Positions 1 to 12,565 of a DNA stretch of 61,966 bases are shown here, piece after piece. The position numbers were made by a program, and so were the translations under genes. This DNA is from Myxococcota bacterium. Lineage in GTDB: Bacteria; Myxococcota_A; UBA796; UBA2385. Location: positions 1-61,966 of the forward strand of contig JBIJDH010000031.1 of assembly GCA_044344255.1 (NCBI GenBank). The letters run 5' to 3'. The notes under the pieces are model-generated. The model did no database searches and had not been told where the DNA came from. It was given only the letters and a program-made list of their open reading frames with translations. How positions within the stretch are numbered: the first letter of the stretch is position 1; the number at the start of each line of letters is the position of its first letter.

Positions 1-259
1 GCTGGAGCAGCTCCTGCACCCGGACCCCGGCCCAGCGGTTGTCGTAGCGGGACCAGGTGGTCACACAATGGAGGTCCCGGATCACCTCCTGGACGGGCAG
101 GGCCTGGAAGTCGGCCCAGTCCAGGCTGAGCGGCGCCTCCACCTCACCCCAGATCCGCAGCCGCCAGGCGTCTGGATGAAAGACCGGCTCCGACCCCTCA
201 TGGAGCACGGGCCAGCCGCGGACGAGGCGCTGGCCGGGTGGGAGGCGGTCGCGGGGCAC
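1..259 (-). CDS. Sulfite oxidase-like molybdopterin-dependent oxidoreductase, N-terminal part (runs off the window)
   Basis: Not in the ORF track. Manual translation from GTG 259 gives VPRDRLPPGQ..WPVLH..WRLRIWGEVE..DLHCVTTWSRYDNRWAGV, with the typical LPPGQ and HCVTxWS motifs. Confidence 0.85.
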   Translation of the reverse strand, partial: MPRDRLPPGQRLVRGWPVLHEGSEPVFHPDAWRLRIWGEVEAPLSLDWADFQALPVQEVIRDLHCVTTWSRYDNRWAGVRVQELLQ

Positions 260-261
260 GG

Positions 262-1083
262 TCAGCGCCCGGGGAGCTGCAGCTGGGAGAAGCCGAAGCG
301 GACCTTCAAGGTCAGGTACTCCGGCGTGACCTCGAGCTGGACGTCCTCGACCCCCATCTGCAGCTTGAGGGGACCGCCGGCGGGGGCGACCATGTCCTCG
401 AGCTGCTTCTTCGGCAGGATGGGCACCGGGTTGAACCGGTGGATCTGCTGGGCCAGGATGTAGGCCCCGGCCTCGTTCAAGAGCCGGAAGATGAAGTGGT
501 CGCCGAAGTCGATCGCGGGATCCATGATCTCGCCGATGATCGCCTTCTTGTCTTTGTCGTAGCGGATCTCACCGAGGTAACAGGTGGCCCCGATCCGCTT
601 CTCCAGCGTGAAAGGCAGCTCGAGGTTCTTGTCGAGCAGCAGGGCCCTGCCCTTAGCCACGGCCTTCACGTGGGCGTCGACGCCGATCTTCTGCTCGTCG
701 TAGTGGAACTCGGTGCCCTCCTTGTCGATCTCGACCTTCCAGTCGCCTTCGACGTGGACCAGGCGGTCGATCACGCCGTAGACCTGCCCGCGGCGCTGGC
801 CCCAGAGGCGAGCGGCACGATCCTTGGCGGCGATCACCGACGCGGGGGGCTGGCGGTCCTCCAAGAGGGCCACGACCTTCTCGCGGACCTGCAGTTGCTT
901 GACCCCGCTGTGCACCAAACGGCCGAGATCGAAGGTGCCGTCCTTCACCTTGGCCGGCAGGGCGGCGCCGACGAGGTCGTCCCAGAGGGACTTCCCGATG
1001 GAGAGGGAGAGGTGGTAGCTCTCCGTGATCTGCTTCTTGCCGGCGTCAGCAGAGGACCGCGGCGCGCTCTTCTTGAAGGCCAT
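262..1083 (-). CDS. Hypothetical protein (possibly DUF4403-like)
   Basis: 273-aa ORF with protein-like composition, ending 2 bp before the next gene. The family is a weak guess. Confidence 0.75.
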   Translation of the reverse strand: MAFKKSAPRSSADAGKKQITESYHLSLSIGKSLWDDLVGAALPAKVKDGTFDLGRLVHSGVKQLQVREKVVALLEDRQPPASVIAAKDRAARLWGQRRGQVYGVIDRLVHVEGDWKVEIDKEGTEFHYDEQKIGVDAHVKAVAKGRALLLDKNLELPFTLEKRIGATCYLGEIRYDKDKKAIIGEIMDPAIDFGDHFIFRLLNEAGAYILAQQIHRFNPVPILPKKQLEDMVAPAGGPLKLQMGVEDVQLEVTPEYLTLKVRFGFSQLQLPGR

Positions 1084-1177
1084 TCCATCTCCGGGCTGTG
1101 CGGGGGAAGATACCCCCGCGCTGGCCCAGAGCGAAAGGGGGCGAGCGCTCCCCTCGGCTCGGCGCCCCGCGACCGGT

Positions 1178-1199
1178 CGGGATCTCGATCGAGATCCCG
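1178..1199. repeat. Perfect 22-bp palindrome downstream of ndk
   Basis: CGGGATCTCGATCGAGATCCCG is its own reverse complement. A second hairpin, GCGGGGG-aagata-CCCCCGC, lies at 1100-1119. Confidence 0.85.
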
Positions 1200-1221
1200 C
1201 CGGCGGCGAGCGCGACGCGGC

Positions 1222-1641
1222 TCAGTGGAGGTCGAGCGAGGAGAAGAAGTAGGCGATCTCGATCGCGGCGTTCTCAGCGGAGTCAGAGCCGTGGACGGCG
1301 TTCTCGCCGATGCTCGCGGCGTAGAGCTGGCGGAGGGTGCCGGCCGCCGCCTGGGCGGGGTTGGTGGCGCCCATGAGCTCGCGGTTGTGGGCGACGGCGC
1401 CCTCCCCTTCGAGGACGATCACCACACAGGGGCCGCTCGACATGAAGTCGGTGAGCTCGCCGAAGAAGCCGCGGCCGGCGTGCACGGCGTAGAAGCCCTC
1501 GGCCTCCCGCTTCGCCATGTGGATCTTGCGGAGGGCGACGATGCGCAGGCCCTCGGCCTCGAAGCGGGCGAGGATGGCGCCGACGTGGTTCTTGCGGGTA
1601 GCGTCGGGCTTGATGATCGAGAGGGTGCGTTGAACGGCCAT
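1222..1641 (-). CDS. ndk: Nucleoside diphosphate kinase
   Basis: [19 protein letters not shown] and NAVHGSDS (catalytic His) motifs. Confidence 0.98.
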   Translation of the reverse strand: MAVQRTLSIIKPDATRKNHVGAILARFEAEGLRIVALRKIHMAKREAEGFYAVHAGRGFFGELTDFMSSGPCVVIVLEGEGAVAHNRELMGATNPAQAAAGTLRQLYAASIGENAVHGSDSAENAAIEIAYFFSSLDLH

Positions 1642-1774
1642 GGTGTGCTCCTGGGGAGCGAGCCCGCTCCCCCTCTGCTGCGTGGGGGCGGCGTCTAACC
1701 CGCCCCCCGGCGGAGCACACCCGCCCCTTCGACCTCGGGCGGTTCGGACCGAAGGGACCCGATCTGCGCGAAGG

Positions 1775-4846
<3,072 letters not shown>

Positions 4847-4849
4847 GGC

Positions 4850-5755
4850 TCACCAGGTCCCGACGAAGAAGGAAGCGGAGCCCGCGCCGAGGGCGAGGGC
4901 GCCGACGCCGAGGGAGAGTCCGGCCAGCGTGTTGGTCTGCTGACGGAGCCCGTCGAGCTGATTGGACGCGGTCGCGGGGTCCCAGAACTGATCCGCCTGG
5001 GTGGAGGCCGCCCAGTACAGGCCCCCCGAGGCCAGGGCCATGACGCCCGCCGTGGCCAACAGCGGCGCGTTCACGCGGCGCTCGCCCCCGCGATCGGGCG
5101 GCCGACCGCCCGGCAGCGGCGCCGCGGTGGACGCGTTCGAGGACTTGGCCACCACCTTGGTGTCACCGGTGGGCGTCGGGATCGGCGCCCCTGCCCCCAC
5201 CAGCTCGGTCAGGATGATCGCCCCGTTGGGATCGAAGACCTGGAGCACGAAGGGGCGGTCGGAGGGGGCGACGGTGGCGATCTTGCCGTCTACGTAGACC
5301 CAGCCCTTCTTCGGCGCGGTCACCGGGCGCGGCGCGGCGCTGGGCGTCATCATCGCGGTCTCGAACCAGGCGCGGAGGGGGTGCCCCTCCGGCGCGACGG
5401 TCTCGGAGAGCACATACCCAGGAGAGACCGCGAGGAGCGAGCGAAAGGATGCGATCGAGGCAGCCTGATCGCGGTTGAGGAAGCCTGCGAGCCCCTGCAT
5501 CCGGTGGAGGGCTGACACCTGCGTGGTGGTGATGGTCTCATTGACGCAGGGCAGCGTCCGGAGGGCGGAGCTCCGAGAGGCGTTGAAGGCCTCGGAGTCC
5601 ATGTCGGCGAAGGCCGCGTCGGACAAAGAGATGTCCTGCGCGACGGTCAAGGCGCTCACCGGGGCCGGGCAGGCGGCGAGGGCGGGCGCCGACCAGGCCA
5701 GGAGGGCGACGACGAGGAGCGGGCGAAGCCAGGGGTGCGCAGCGGGGCCGATCAA
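4850..5755 (-). CDS. Exported hypothetical protein with C-terminal hydrophobic segments (PEGA-like central segment possible)
   Basis: Signal peptide LLVVALLAWSAPALA; GWVYVDG; two Gly/Ala-rich hydrophobic stretches; terminal Trp. Sits in an operon with its neighbours. Confidence 0.75.
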   Translation of the reverse strand: MIGPAAHPWLRPLLVVALLAWSAPALAACPAPVSALTVAQDISLSDAAFADMDSEAFNASRSSALRTLPCVNETITTTQVSALHRMQGLAGFLNRDQAASIASFRSLLAVSPGYVLSETVAPEGHPLRAWFETAMMTPSAAPRPVTAPKKGWVYVDGKIATVAPSDRPFVLQVFDPNGAIILTELVGAGAPIPTPTGDTKVVAKSSNASTAAPLPGGRPPDRGGERRVNAPLLATAGVMALASGGLYWAASTQADQFWDPATASNQLDGLRQQTNTLAGLSLGVGALALGAGSASFFVGTW

Positions 5756-7782
5756 AGGCCACCTCCGAGGATGAGGTAGGCAGCGCCGGCGTCCGACACG
5801 AGGCCTTCGGCGCGAGGCGCGGTGACGATGAGGTCGGAGACGCCGTCGCGGTCGAGGTCTCCCGCGGCGATGGACTGACCGGCGTCGTCCTCGGTGGATG
5901 CGCCGGTGAAGAGCACAGCGGCGTCGCTGAGGGTGTAGCTGCCGCTCAGCGGACCGTAGAAGAGGGCGGCCACCCCAGGGGTGGTGCCGTCGGTCGCGGG
6001 AGCGCCGATGGCCACATCGAGGCTGCCGTCGCCGTTGAAGTCGCCGGCCGAGGACAGGCTGCGGCCGGCCCGGTCCATGGCGGAGAGGCCGCCCATGCGG
6101 GCCTCTGCGTCGTTGAGGGAGACCGTGCCGCTCACGGGACCGTGCACCAGCCAGGCCACCCCGGTCTCGCCGGCCTCCGCCGGACCACCGACGAGGATGT
6201 CGGCGTAGCCGTCCTCGTTGACGTCACCCGCCGGGGCGCTCGAGTAGCCTGCCCAGACGGAGGCGGCGGTGCCGAGGAGCCGGTTGGACGCCCCATCGAG
6301 CACGCTGGCGCCGGCGGGCGGATCGGAGACCACATACAGCGCCCCGGAGTCGAGCCCGACGTCGTCGTCGCGGTCGGCGCCGATGAGCAGCTCGTCTTGC
6401 CCGTCTCCGTCCATGTCTCCGCCGAAGGAGACCGAGAAGCCGGTGCGGTCGCCCGTGCCGCCGGTGCTGAAGGAGGCGGTCGCTCCAGAGAGGCTCCCCC
6501 CTTCGTCGAGCGGTCCTTCAAACAGCCAGACGCCGCCCGTGCCGGACCGCTTGTAGGCGCCGACGAGGAGGTCGGCTTGTCCGTCTCCATTGGAGTCCCC
6601 GCCGCCCGCCACCGCGCAGCCGGCCTGGTCGCCGTCCGCGATGCCGTCGAAGCGCAGGCCCTCACTGGCGGCGAGGTAGCTCCCGGGCGCGGCGAGGGGG
6701 CCGAAGACGACGTATGCAGAGCCCGCGCGAGCGGCGCCCGCGCCGCGGAGCACGGCCCCCACGACGAGATCGTCGGCTCCATCGCCGTTGATATCGCCGC
6801 CCGCGGCGAGAGAGTAGCCGAACTGTCCACCCGAGCCCTCGCCTTCGATGACGGGCATCGCGCTCGGTCCGAGGTCAACCACTCCGCTGCTCGCGCTGTC
6901 GATGAGGTAGACCCGGCCTGCGTCGTTGGCGGAGCCGTTCGACTTGTGCGCGGAGATGGCGAAGTCGAGCGCGCCGTCCCCGGTGATGTCCCCCACGGCC
7001 GCGGCCGCGACCCCAGCCCAGTCCTGCGCCGCCTCGCCGCGAAAGGTGGCGTCGGCGGAGGAGAGGTCAAGAGGGCCGGTCAGGACGCAGTCGTTGGCCG
7101 AGCCGTCACAGGTGTCATCCTGGCCGTTGTTACAGACCTCCTCGGCGTCGGGGCTGACGGTGCCATCGGAGTCGTCACAGTCGGTGATCTCTGTGTAGAG
7201 GTAGGGGTCCGCGGGGGCGCAGGTACATTGGGCGCTCTCCCCGGCGAAGCCGTCGAGGTCTTCATCCGCGTAGTACACGGTGCAGCCGGGGAGGTCGATC
7301 CCCTCGGTGACGTCATCGCAGTTGTCATCTCCGGGGGTGTCGCAGGTCTCGACTGCGTCGGGGTGCACCGCCGGGTCGCCGTCATCGCAGTCCTGCGCCG
7401 CGGGGTCGTCGGAGGCGGGGAGGTAGCCATCGGGCGGATGACAGGACTGCATCTGCTCGTCGGGATCGACGTAGCCGTCGTCGTCTCCGTCCCTCATCCA
7501 GTCCGTGAGCAGAGCGACCGTGGGGTCTGCGTCGTCACAGTCATCAAAATTTGCCACCGTTCCAGCAGGCTGGTCACAGTCCTTCACAGCCCCAGCGGGG
7601 TCTCCGTACGTGTCTCCGTCCACGTCGACCCACCAGGTCTCCTCGTCGGCCTCCGCGCAGCCCGTGAGCGGATCGTCGGTGTCGCCCGCCTGCCCCATTC
7701 GCTCGTCGAGCTCATCCTTGGAGATGAAGATGCACCCGGGGAACAACAGCAGGAGAAGGATAGCTTTCATCGGTCGCGCCAT
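5752..7782 (-). CDS. Lipoprotein with MopE-like putative metal-binding repeats and an FG-GAP/integrin-alpha beta-propeller
   Basis: Lipobox LLFPGC; DCDDxDxxVxPxAxExC repeats; several GDxNGDGxxDLxVGA repeats. Start at ATG 7782 or 7770. Confidence 0.9.
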   Translation of the reverse strand: MARPMKAILLLLLFPGCIFISKDELDERMGQAGDTDDPLTGCAEADEETWWVDVDGDTYGDPAGAVKDCDQPAGTVANFDDCDDADPTVALLTDWMRDGDDDGYVDPDEQMQSCHPPDGYLPASDDPAAQDCDDGDPAVHPDAVETCDTPGDDNCDDVTEGIDLPGCTVYYADEDLDGFAGESAQCTCAPADPYLYTEITDCDDSDGTVSPDAEEVCNNGQDDTCDGSANDCVLTGPLDLSSADATFRGEAAQDWAGVAAAAVGDITGDGALDFAISAHKSNGSANDAGRVYLIDSASSGVVDLGPSAMPVIEGEGSGGQFGYSLAAGGDINGDGADDLVVGAVLRGAGAARAGSAYVVFGPLAAPGSYLAASEGLRFDGIADGDQAGCAVAGGGDSNGDGQADLLVGAYKRSGTGGVWLFEGPLDEGGSLSGATASFSTGGTGDRTGFSVSFGGDMDGDGQDELLIGADRDDDVGLDSGALYVVSDPPAGASVLDGASNRLLGTAASVWAGYSSAPAGDVNEDGYADILVGGPAEAGETGVAWLVHGPVSGTVSLNDAEARMGGLSAMDRAGRSLSSAGDFNGDGSLDVAIGAPATDGTTPGVAALFYGPLSGSYTLSDAAVLFTGASTEDDAGQSIAAGDLDRDGVSDLIVTAPRAEGLVSDAGAAYLILGGGL

Positions 7783-7837
7783 CTTGCAGCCATGGTGCAG
7801 GGGGAGCGGGCAGGCCCGCGCGGGGGGGCAGTGTAGC

Positions 7838-8803
7838 TCAATCGACCGGGGAAGGGCGAGGGATCTCGGGCGTCGCGGAGGGAATCCGAGCGCCATCATC
7901 GCCGAATTCGGCCACGGGGTCGAGGATGAAGGACGAGAAGGACGACACCACCCGACCGCCCATCACCCCGTCCAGCAGGCGATGATCGAAGAGCAGCATC
8001 ATGGGGAGCATGGGGCGTATCGCGGGTTGGCCGCGGTGCGCGACCACCTCGTCCTGCACCGGCATCACCGCCCACAGCGTGCCGATGTGGAAGAGTCGCG
8101 GCGGCAGCGTCAGCGCCCCCCCTTTGAACAGCATGCCGTCGATCGCCCGAAAGCCGGCGCCAGGATTGGTGATGCCCGTGGTGATCGGCGCGGCTCGGAA
8201 CAGCAGCTCCGAGACGAAGCGGCGGTGGCGCCCTCGGTCGAGACCGTTGAGGAGCGCGACCATCAGGGGATCGGGGAGGCGCTCGAAGCCGGTCATCAGA
8301 TGTCGAAACAGCGGGTTCTCGACGGCGTCCGCTCGCTCGGCGGTGAAGGCTCTGCTGGAGGCTTCGGCGACCGCGCGGAGGGAGAGGGTCTCGGCGGCTG
8401 GGAGGATCGTGGCGGAGAGCTCCCTTCGGGCGCCGACGGGCGTGTCGAGCAGGTTGACGGGCATCGCCACGCCTACATGCGGCCGCGGGATGATGCGCCG
8501 CCCACGTACTTGGGCGTTGGCCGACGGCCAGACGGCGAGCGTGCGGGCCACCGCGGCGCACACGAGGTGGTTGACGGTGACCCTGGCCCCGCCCGGGCGT
8601 CCGTTCAACCGGGCGAGGTAGGCGCGGGCCGCGGTCATGTCCAGGCTGAAGTTGACGACGAGGTAGGGGTCAGCCGGGGGAGAGAACCACCAAAGGAGGC
8701 CCCGTCGGACCACCGAAGGGACTGGCGGCGCCGAGCCCGCGGAGGGCTGAGCCGGCGCGGAGCGCGCTTCTCCCGGAGGGCTCGAGGGGGCTGGCTTCGA
8801 CAT
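7838..8803 (-). CDS. Stand-alone 2-oxoacid dehydrogenase E2-type acyltransferase catalytic domain
   Basis: FDHRLLDG catalytic motif and ITNPG; no lipoyl domain. Confidence 0.8.
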   Translation of the reverse strand: MSKPAPSSPPGEARSAPAQPSAGSAPPVPSVVRRGLLWWFSPPADPYLVVNFSLDMTAARAYLARLNGRPGGARVTVNHLVCAAVARTLAVWPSANAQVRGRRIIPRPHVGVAMPVNLLDTPVGARRELSATILPAAETLSLRAVAEASSRAFTAERADAVENPLFRHLMTGFERLPDPLMVALLNGLDRGRHRRFVSELLFRAAPITTGITNPGAGFRAIDGMLFKGGALTLPPRLFHIGTLWAVMPVQDEVVAHRGQPAIRPMLPMMLLFDHRLLDGVMGGRVVSSFSSFILDPVAEFGDDGARIPSATPEIPRPSPVD

Positions 8804-8853
8804 CGTGGCAGCCTAACCCGCCAGCCTGTGCCGCTGGGTGGTACGCTCACGGC

Positions 8854-9435
8854 ATGTTGACGAGCGTCCTGTCGATCTGGTCCCTGCTCGCCTGCCACTC
8901 GGCGCCACCTCCCCCTTGTCCGGACTGCCCCACGTGTGAGGCCCCCACACCACCTCCGGCCCTTCGCCTCGATCCATGGGAGGAGTCCGCGATCATCCCG
9001 ATCGTGGAGAGCCTGAGGGCTGGGGTCCGCCTCGAGGGAGAGCGAGGGCTCGGCGTCTGTCGAGGTCGGAGCCGGTGTGAACAGTTCCTCGGCTCAGACT
9101 ACGGAGAGCTCCCGGCCGGGGAGTACTTCCTGCGCGCGGAGGTGCGGGCGCCCGCGGTTGGGGAGGGCTGGAAGTTGCTCTTTCGTGTTCGCTGTGAGGT
9201 GACCGCTACGGGACCGACGGGGGAGAGCAGCGCCGCAGCTCCGATTGAACATGAACAGACGTGGTCCCTCCCGGCTGGGGCCGCGACCGACGGCCACCGG
9301 ATCGAGCCCTTGTGGCGTATCCGCTCCCCGGCGAAGGGTGGGGCCCGGCAGTGTCACTACAGCGTCCAGGGGCTTCGCCCAGACGGCGCGGCGGGCGTGG
9401 AGCACAGCGGCAGCTACGCCGTCCCGGGCGGATGA
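8854..9435 (+). CDS. Hypothetical lipoprotein
   Basis: Lipobox LLAC, a Pro-rich CPDCPTC segment and further paired Cys. Confidence 0.7.
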   Translation: MLTSVLSIWSLLACHSAPPPPCPDCPTCEAPTPPPALRLDPWEESAIIPIVESLRAGVRLEGERGLGVCRGRSRCEQFLGSDYGELPAGEYFLRAEVRAPAVGEGWKLLFRVRCEVTATGPTGESSAAAPIEHEQTWSLPAGAATDGHRIEPLWRIRSPAKGGARQCHYSVQGLRPDGAAGVEHSGSYAVPGG

Positions 9436-9456
9436 GCGCCAGGCGGCTCGCTCCCC

Positions 9457-10854
9457 TCAGTCAGCCGGGCTGACGGGCGAGCAATAGTCAGGGTAGACGT
9501 CCGGCAGGCCGGCGGCGTAGGGCTCGCTCGCGATGTCCAGGGGGTGGTCCTGGAAGAACTGGATGGTCCAGGGCCAAAATTCGGACAGCATCTCGTGTCC
9601 GAGCCCGTGGTTGCAGGTCACGAGGAAGTGGCCGTCGGCGCTGAGCGTCTCGATCATGGCGAGGTTGAGGGCGTCGAAGTCCTGGTCGAAGGCCTCGTCG
9701 GTCTCCCCACCCCAGGTGACCTGGACCGGGATCTCGGCGCCACCGGGCGTGTACTCGGTCATCAGGCCACCCGAGAAGGGCGCGGCGGCGGCGAAGGCGG
9801 AGGCGCGGTTGGCGATGAGCGTGCTGGTGAACAGGCCGCCGGCGCTCATGCCCGTGGCATAGATCCGGTTGGGATCGACGTTGAAGCTGGCCGTGGTGCA
9901 GGTGAGCAGGTCGTCGAAGAGCGTGATGTCGACGTTCCGATCGGGCTCCCCGAAGACGTCCCATGCGGTCGCGCCGCCGATGTCCTGGGCCTGCGCTGCG
10001 ACGAGGATGTAGCCGGCCTCGTCGGCCCAGGCGCGGAGGCCGGCCTCGTCGAGCATCGAAGAGGGGCTGCCGCCGAACCAGTGCCAGACGAAGATCACCG
10101 GCCAGGCGACCGCGGCGTCGTAGGCGGCGGGCAGCACGATCTCGAGGTCGCGAAGCTCCCCGCCGGAGGCGAAGCCGGTGGTGACACCCCCGCCGAGCAC
10201 GGGGCACTCACTCGCCGTGAGGCGCGGCAGCGGCTCGGTGCTGCCGCCGTCGCAGGCGTCGAGGCCGCCGCTCGCTCGCTCCTCCCAGGGGACCGCCCCG
10301 AAGGTGCTCCCGGCGAGGTCGAGCTCGAAGGTCACGATCTGGCCGGTCACGGTGCCGCAGAAGCCGCTCGTTTCGGTGAAGGTGCCCGACAGCACCGCCT
10401 GCACCTCCACGTCGCTGCCGGTGGGGGAGTACTCGCCGGGGAGCGTGAAGTTGGGGATCGTGAGCGCGTAGCTGCCGTCGCTTCCGACCGCGGTGTCGGC
10501 GGTGGTGTCGGCGAGGAGCTCGGAGAGGCCGTCCGCTCCGTCGGTGGCCCGCAGCTCGAAGACCGAGATCACGCGGTCGGCGCCCTGGGGGGCCCGGGTC
10601 TCGATGGTGGCCTGGAAGGGGATCACCAGCCCGCCGACAGAGGCGATGGTGAAGTTTAAGAGGAAGGCACCGTTCGGCAAGTCTTCCGCGAGGGGGGCCT
10701 CGCCGGCTCCGGTGTCAGAGCCGCCGTCCGCCCCGTCCGAGCCGCCATCATCGAGGGTGCCGGGCCCACCCCAGGTGGACTCAGGGTTGGTCTCCGCGGC
10801 GCCAGAACAGGCGGCGAGGAGCAGCAGGGCCAGCGGACTGTGTCGATTTGGCAT
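9457..10854 (-). CDS. Lipoprotein with a C-terminal alpha/beta hydrolase (LpqP/PHB depolymerase-like esterase) domain
   Basis: Lipobox LAAC; WPVIFVWHWFGG; nucleophile elbow VDPNRIYATGMSAGG; HGLGH. Confidence 0.85.
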   Translation of the reverse strand: MPNRHSPLALLLLAACSGAAETNPESTWGGPGTLDDGGSDGADGGSDTGAGEAPLAEDLPNGAFLLNFTIASVGGLVIPFQATIETRAPQGADRVISVFELRATDGADGLSELLADTTADTAVGSDGSYALTIPNFTLPGEYSPTGSDVEVQAVLSGTFTETSGFCGTVTGQIVTFELDLAGSTFGAVPWEERASGGLDACDGGSTEPLPRLTASECPVLGGGVTTGFASGGELRDLEIVLPAAYDAAVAWPVIFVWHWFGGSPSSMLDEAGLRAWADEAGYILVAAQAQDIGGATAWDVFGEPDRNVDITLFDDLLTCTTASFNVDPNRIYATGMSAGGLFTSTLIANRASAFAAAAPFSGGLMTEYTPGGAEIPVQVTWGGETDEAFDQDFDALNLAMIETLSADGHFLVTCNHGLGHEMLSEFWPWTIQFFQDHPLDIASEPYAAGLPDVYPDYCSPVSPAD

Positions 10855-10944
10855 CAGGACGGGCTCTCCATGGCACCGATGTCTCAGACAAAGGGCCCCG
10901 CGCGGGGGACCTCGCTCGAAGGGGTGGCCCGATCGGCCCTGGGC

Positions 10945-11322
10945 TCAGGGGGTGAGCAGGCGCAGCCGCACTTCACCGAGCGATCCGGGGGTCTTCTCCA
11001 GCGAGATGACCTCCCAGCGGGCGGACTGCACCGTGATGACGCTGCCCACCCCCACGAAGACGCCGATGGCGCCGTCAATCGCCAGGGAGCAGATGCGGCC
11101 GCTGCGCTTGGAGCCGTCCGGCAAGAGGTAGTCACCGGTGGTGACGTTACCCATGCCGACGCGGACACCGCCGAGCTCGCCCACGGTGGTCTCGTCGATG
11201 CTCTCGATGACGACGCCGGACTGTACGGGCGCGACGGTGTTCATGGCGGGGGTCTCCAGGGGGGCGCCGCTCGCCGACGCGGGGGCGCCGAGGGCAAGGG
11301 CCAGGGCGAGGCGCGCGCTCAT
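10945..11322 (-). CDS. Small exported hypothetical protein coupled to the calpain gene
   Basis: ATG overlaps the calpain stop (ATGA, 11319-11322). Signal-like MSARLALALALGAPASA followed by a beta-rich body. Confidence 0.7.
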   Translation of the reverse strand: MSARLALALALGAPASASGAPLETPAMNTVAPVQSGVVIESIDETTVGELGGVRVGMGNVTTGDYLLPDGSKRSGRICSLAIDGAIGVFVGVGSVITVQSARWEVISLEKTPGSLGEVRLRLLTP

Positions 11323-12440
11323 GCGCCCACCCGCACGCTCCGGTAGTAGGTCACGAAGTCCTTGATGGACAGGCCGGTCACATGGTTGGAGCCCCAGGGG
11401 TTCTGGAGATCGATGGTCCGCGCGTCGATGTCCACCTTCATGGGCGAGTAGGCGTGGTTCCAATACACATTGACCCCGTTCGCCTTCTGGGTGAGGGCGG
11501 CGTCGGTCTCGAGGTTGCGGGTGTCAACCGTGATCGGCTTGTGGGCCTCGAGGGCGGCGCCGATCATCAGCAGGACGTCATCCTCTTGGAGGGAGTCCGT
11601 CGCGAAGTAGTTCTCGCGCTTGCCGGTGAAGAGCTCGATAGCGCCCGCAAAGTTGAAGCCGTCCTTGGCCACGTTGCCGCCGCTGATCTTGTCGTAGCTG
11701 CCCTTCTTCTGGGCCATCGCCTTCTCGAGCAGGGCCGGCCAGAGCTCCTTCGAGCCCCCTTGGGTGTCGCCGATGTTGGCGTACAGGGGTGATCCTCCGA
11801 GGGCCTTCACCGCGAGCTGGGCGTCGATGGTCTGGACGACGGGTCGGGGCTGGCTGTAGGACTTGTCACGAAGGTACAACGTGACGTCGAAGGTGCCGTC
11901 TCCATTGTCCTTGATCAACTTCTGGATGAGCTCGGGGTTGGCGCGGGCGACCGAGGCCATGCCGGCCATGAGGTAGCAGTCCCCGAGCTGCCCCTGACGC
12001 ACGTCGTTGGAGTCAACGGCGGCCTTGTCTCCCTCACCCTTCACGAAGGCCGCGCCGGACTTCTGATCTTCGTAGGGGCTGTTGGTGTGTTTGTCCCGGA
12101 GCCCGGGGAGGCCGGCCTTCTGGTTCATCCGGCCGCCGCCAGCGGGGCTCGGCACCTTGTCTTCGGGGCCCTCGGCGAACTTGTACTTGTCCTTGTGCTC
12201 TCCGAACATCGCTTTGCCGAAGAGATCCGCGCCGCCGACCCCGACGTCGCCGCCGGCCGACGGCCCGATGCTCGCGCCGAGGAAGCCATTGCCGAGGGTG
12301 CCCTGTTGATCGACGGTCTCGAGGGAGCCGCCGGCCCCGAGGCCACCCCGCGAGGCGGGGGCCTTGGGCGCGCGTCCGATGCTGGGGGCCGCCTTCTTGG
12401 ATGCGGGAGCCTGAAGGGCGCGGGCTTGGGGCATGGGCAT
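11319..12440 (-). CDS. Calpain-family (peptidase C2) cysteine protease
   Basis: QGQLGDCYLMA (Cys), WPALLEKA, NHAYS (His), LQNPWG (Asn). Start at ATG 12440 or 12434. Confidence 0.92.
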   Translation of the reverse strand: MPMPQARALQAPASKKAAPSIGRAPKAPASRGGLGAGGSLETVDQQGTLGNGFLGASIGPSAGGDVGVGGADLFGKAMFGEHKDKYKFAEGPEDKVPSPAGGGRMNQKAGLPGLRDKHTNSPYEDQKSGAAFVKGEGDKAAVDSNDVRQGQLGDCYLMAGMASVARANPELIQKLIKDNGDGTFDVTLYLRDKSYSQPRPVVQTIDAQLAVKALGGSPLYANIGDTQGGSKELWPALLEKAMAQKKGSYDKISGGNVAKDGFNFAGAIELFTGKRENYFATDSLQEDDVLLMIGAALEAHKPITVDTRNLETDAALTQKANGVNVYWNHAYSPMKVDIDARTIDLQNPWGSNHVTGLSIKDFVTYYRSVRVGA

Positions 12441-12565
12441 CTCCGAGAATGGGGGGAGATTACAGGGTAGACCGGCTTTCGGCAAGGCCCGTGGCGCGCC
12501 TTTCTCGTGAGTCGCGGCCGAAGCGGACGCGGGCCGGCGGCCGCTCCCCGCTCCCTGCGGTCGGT

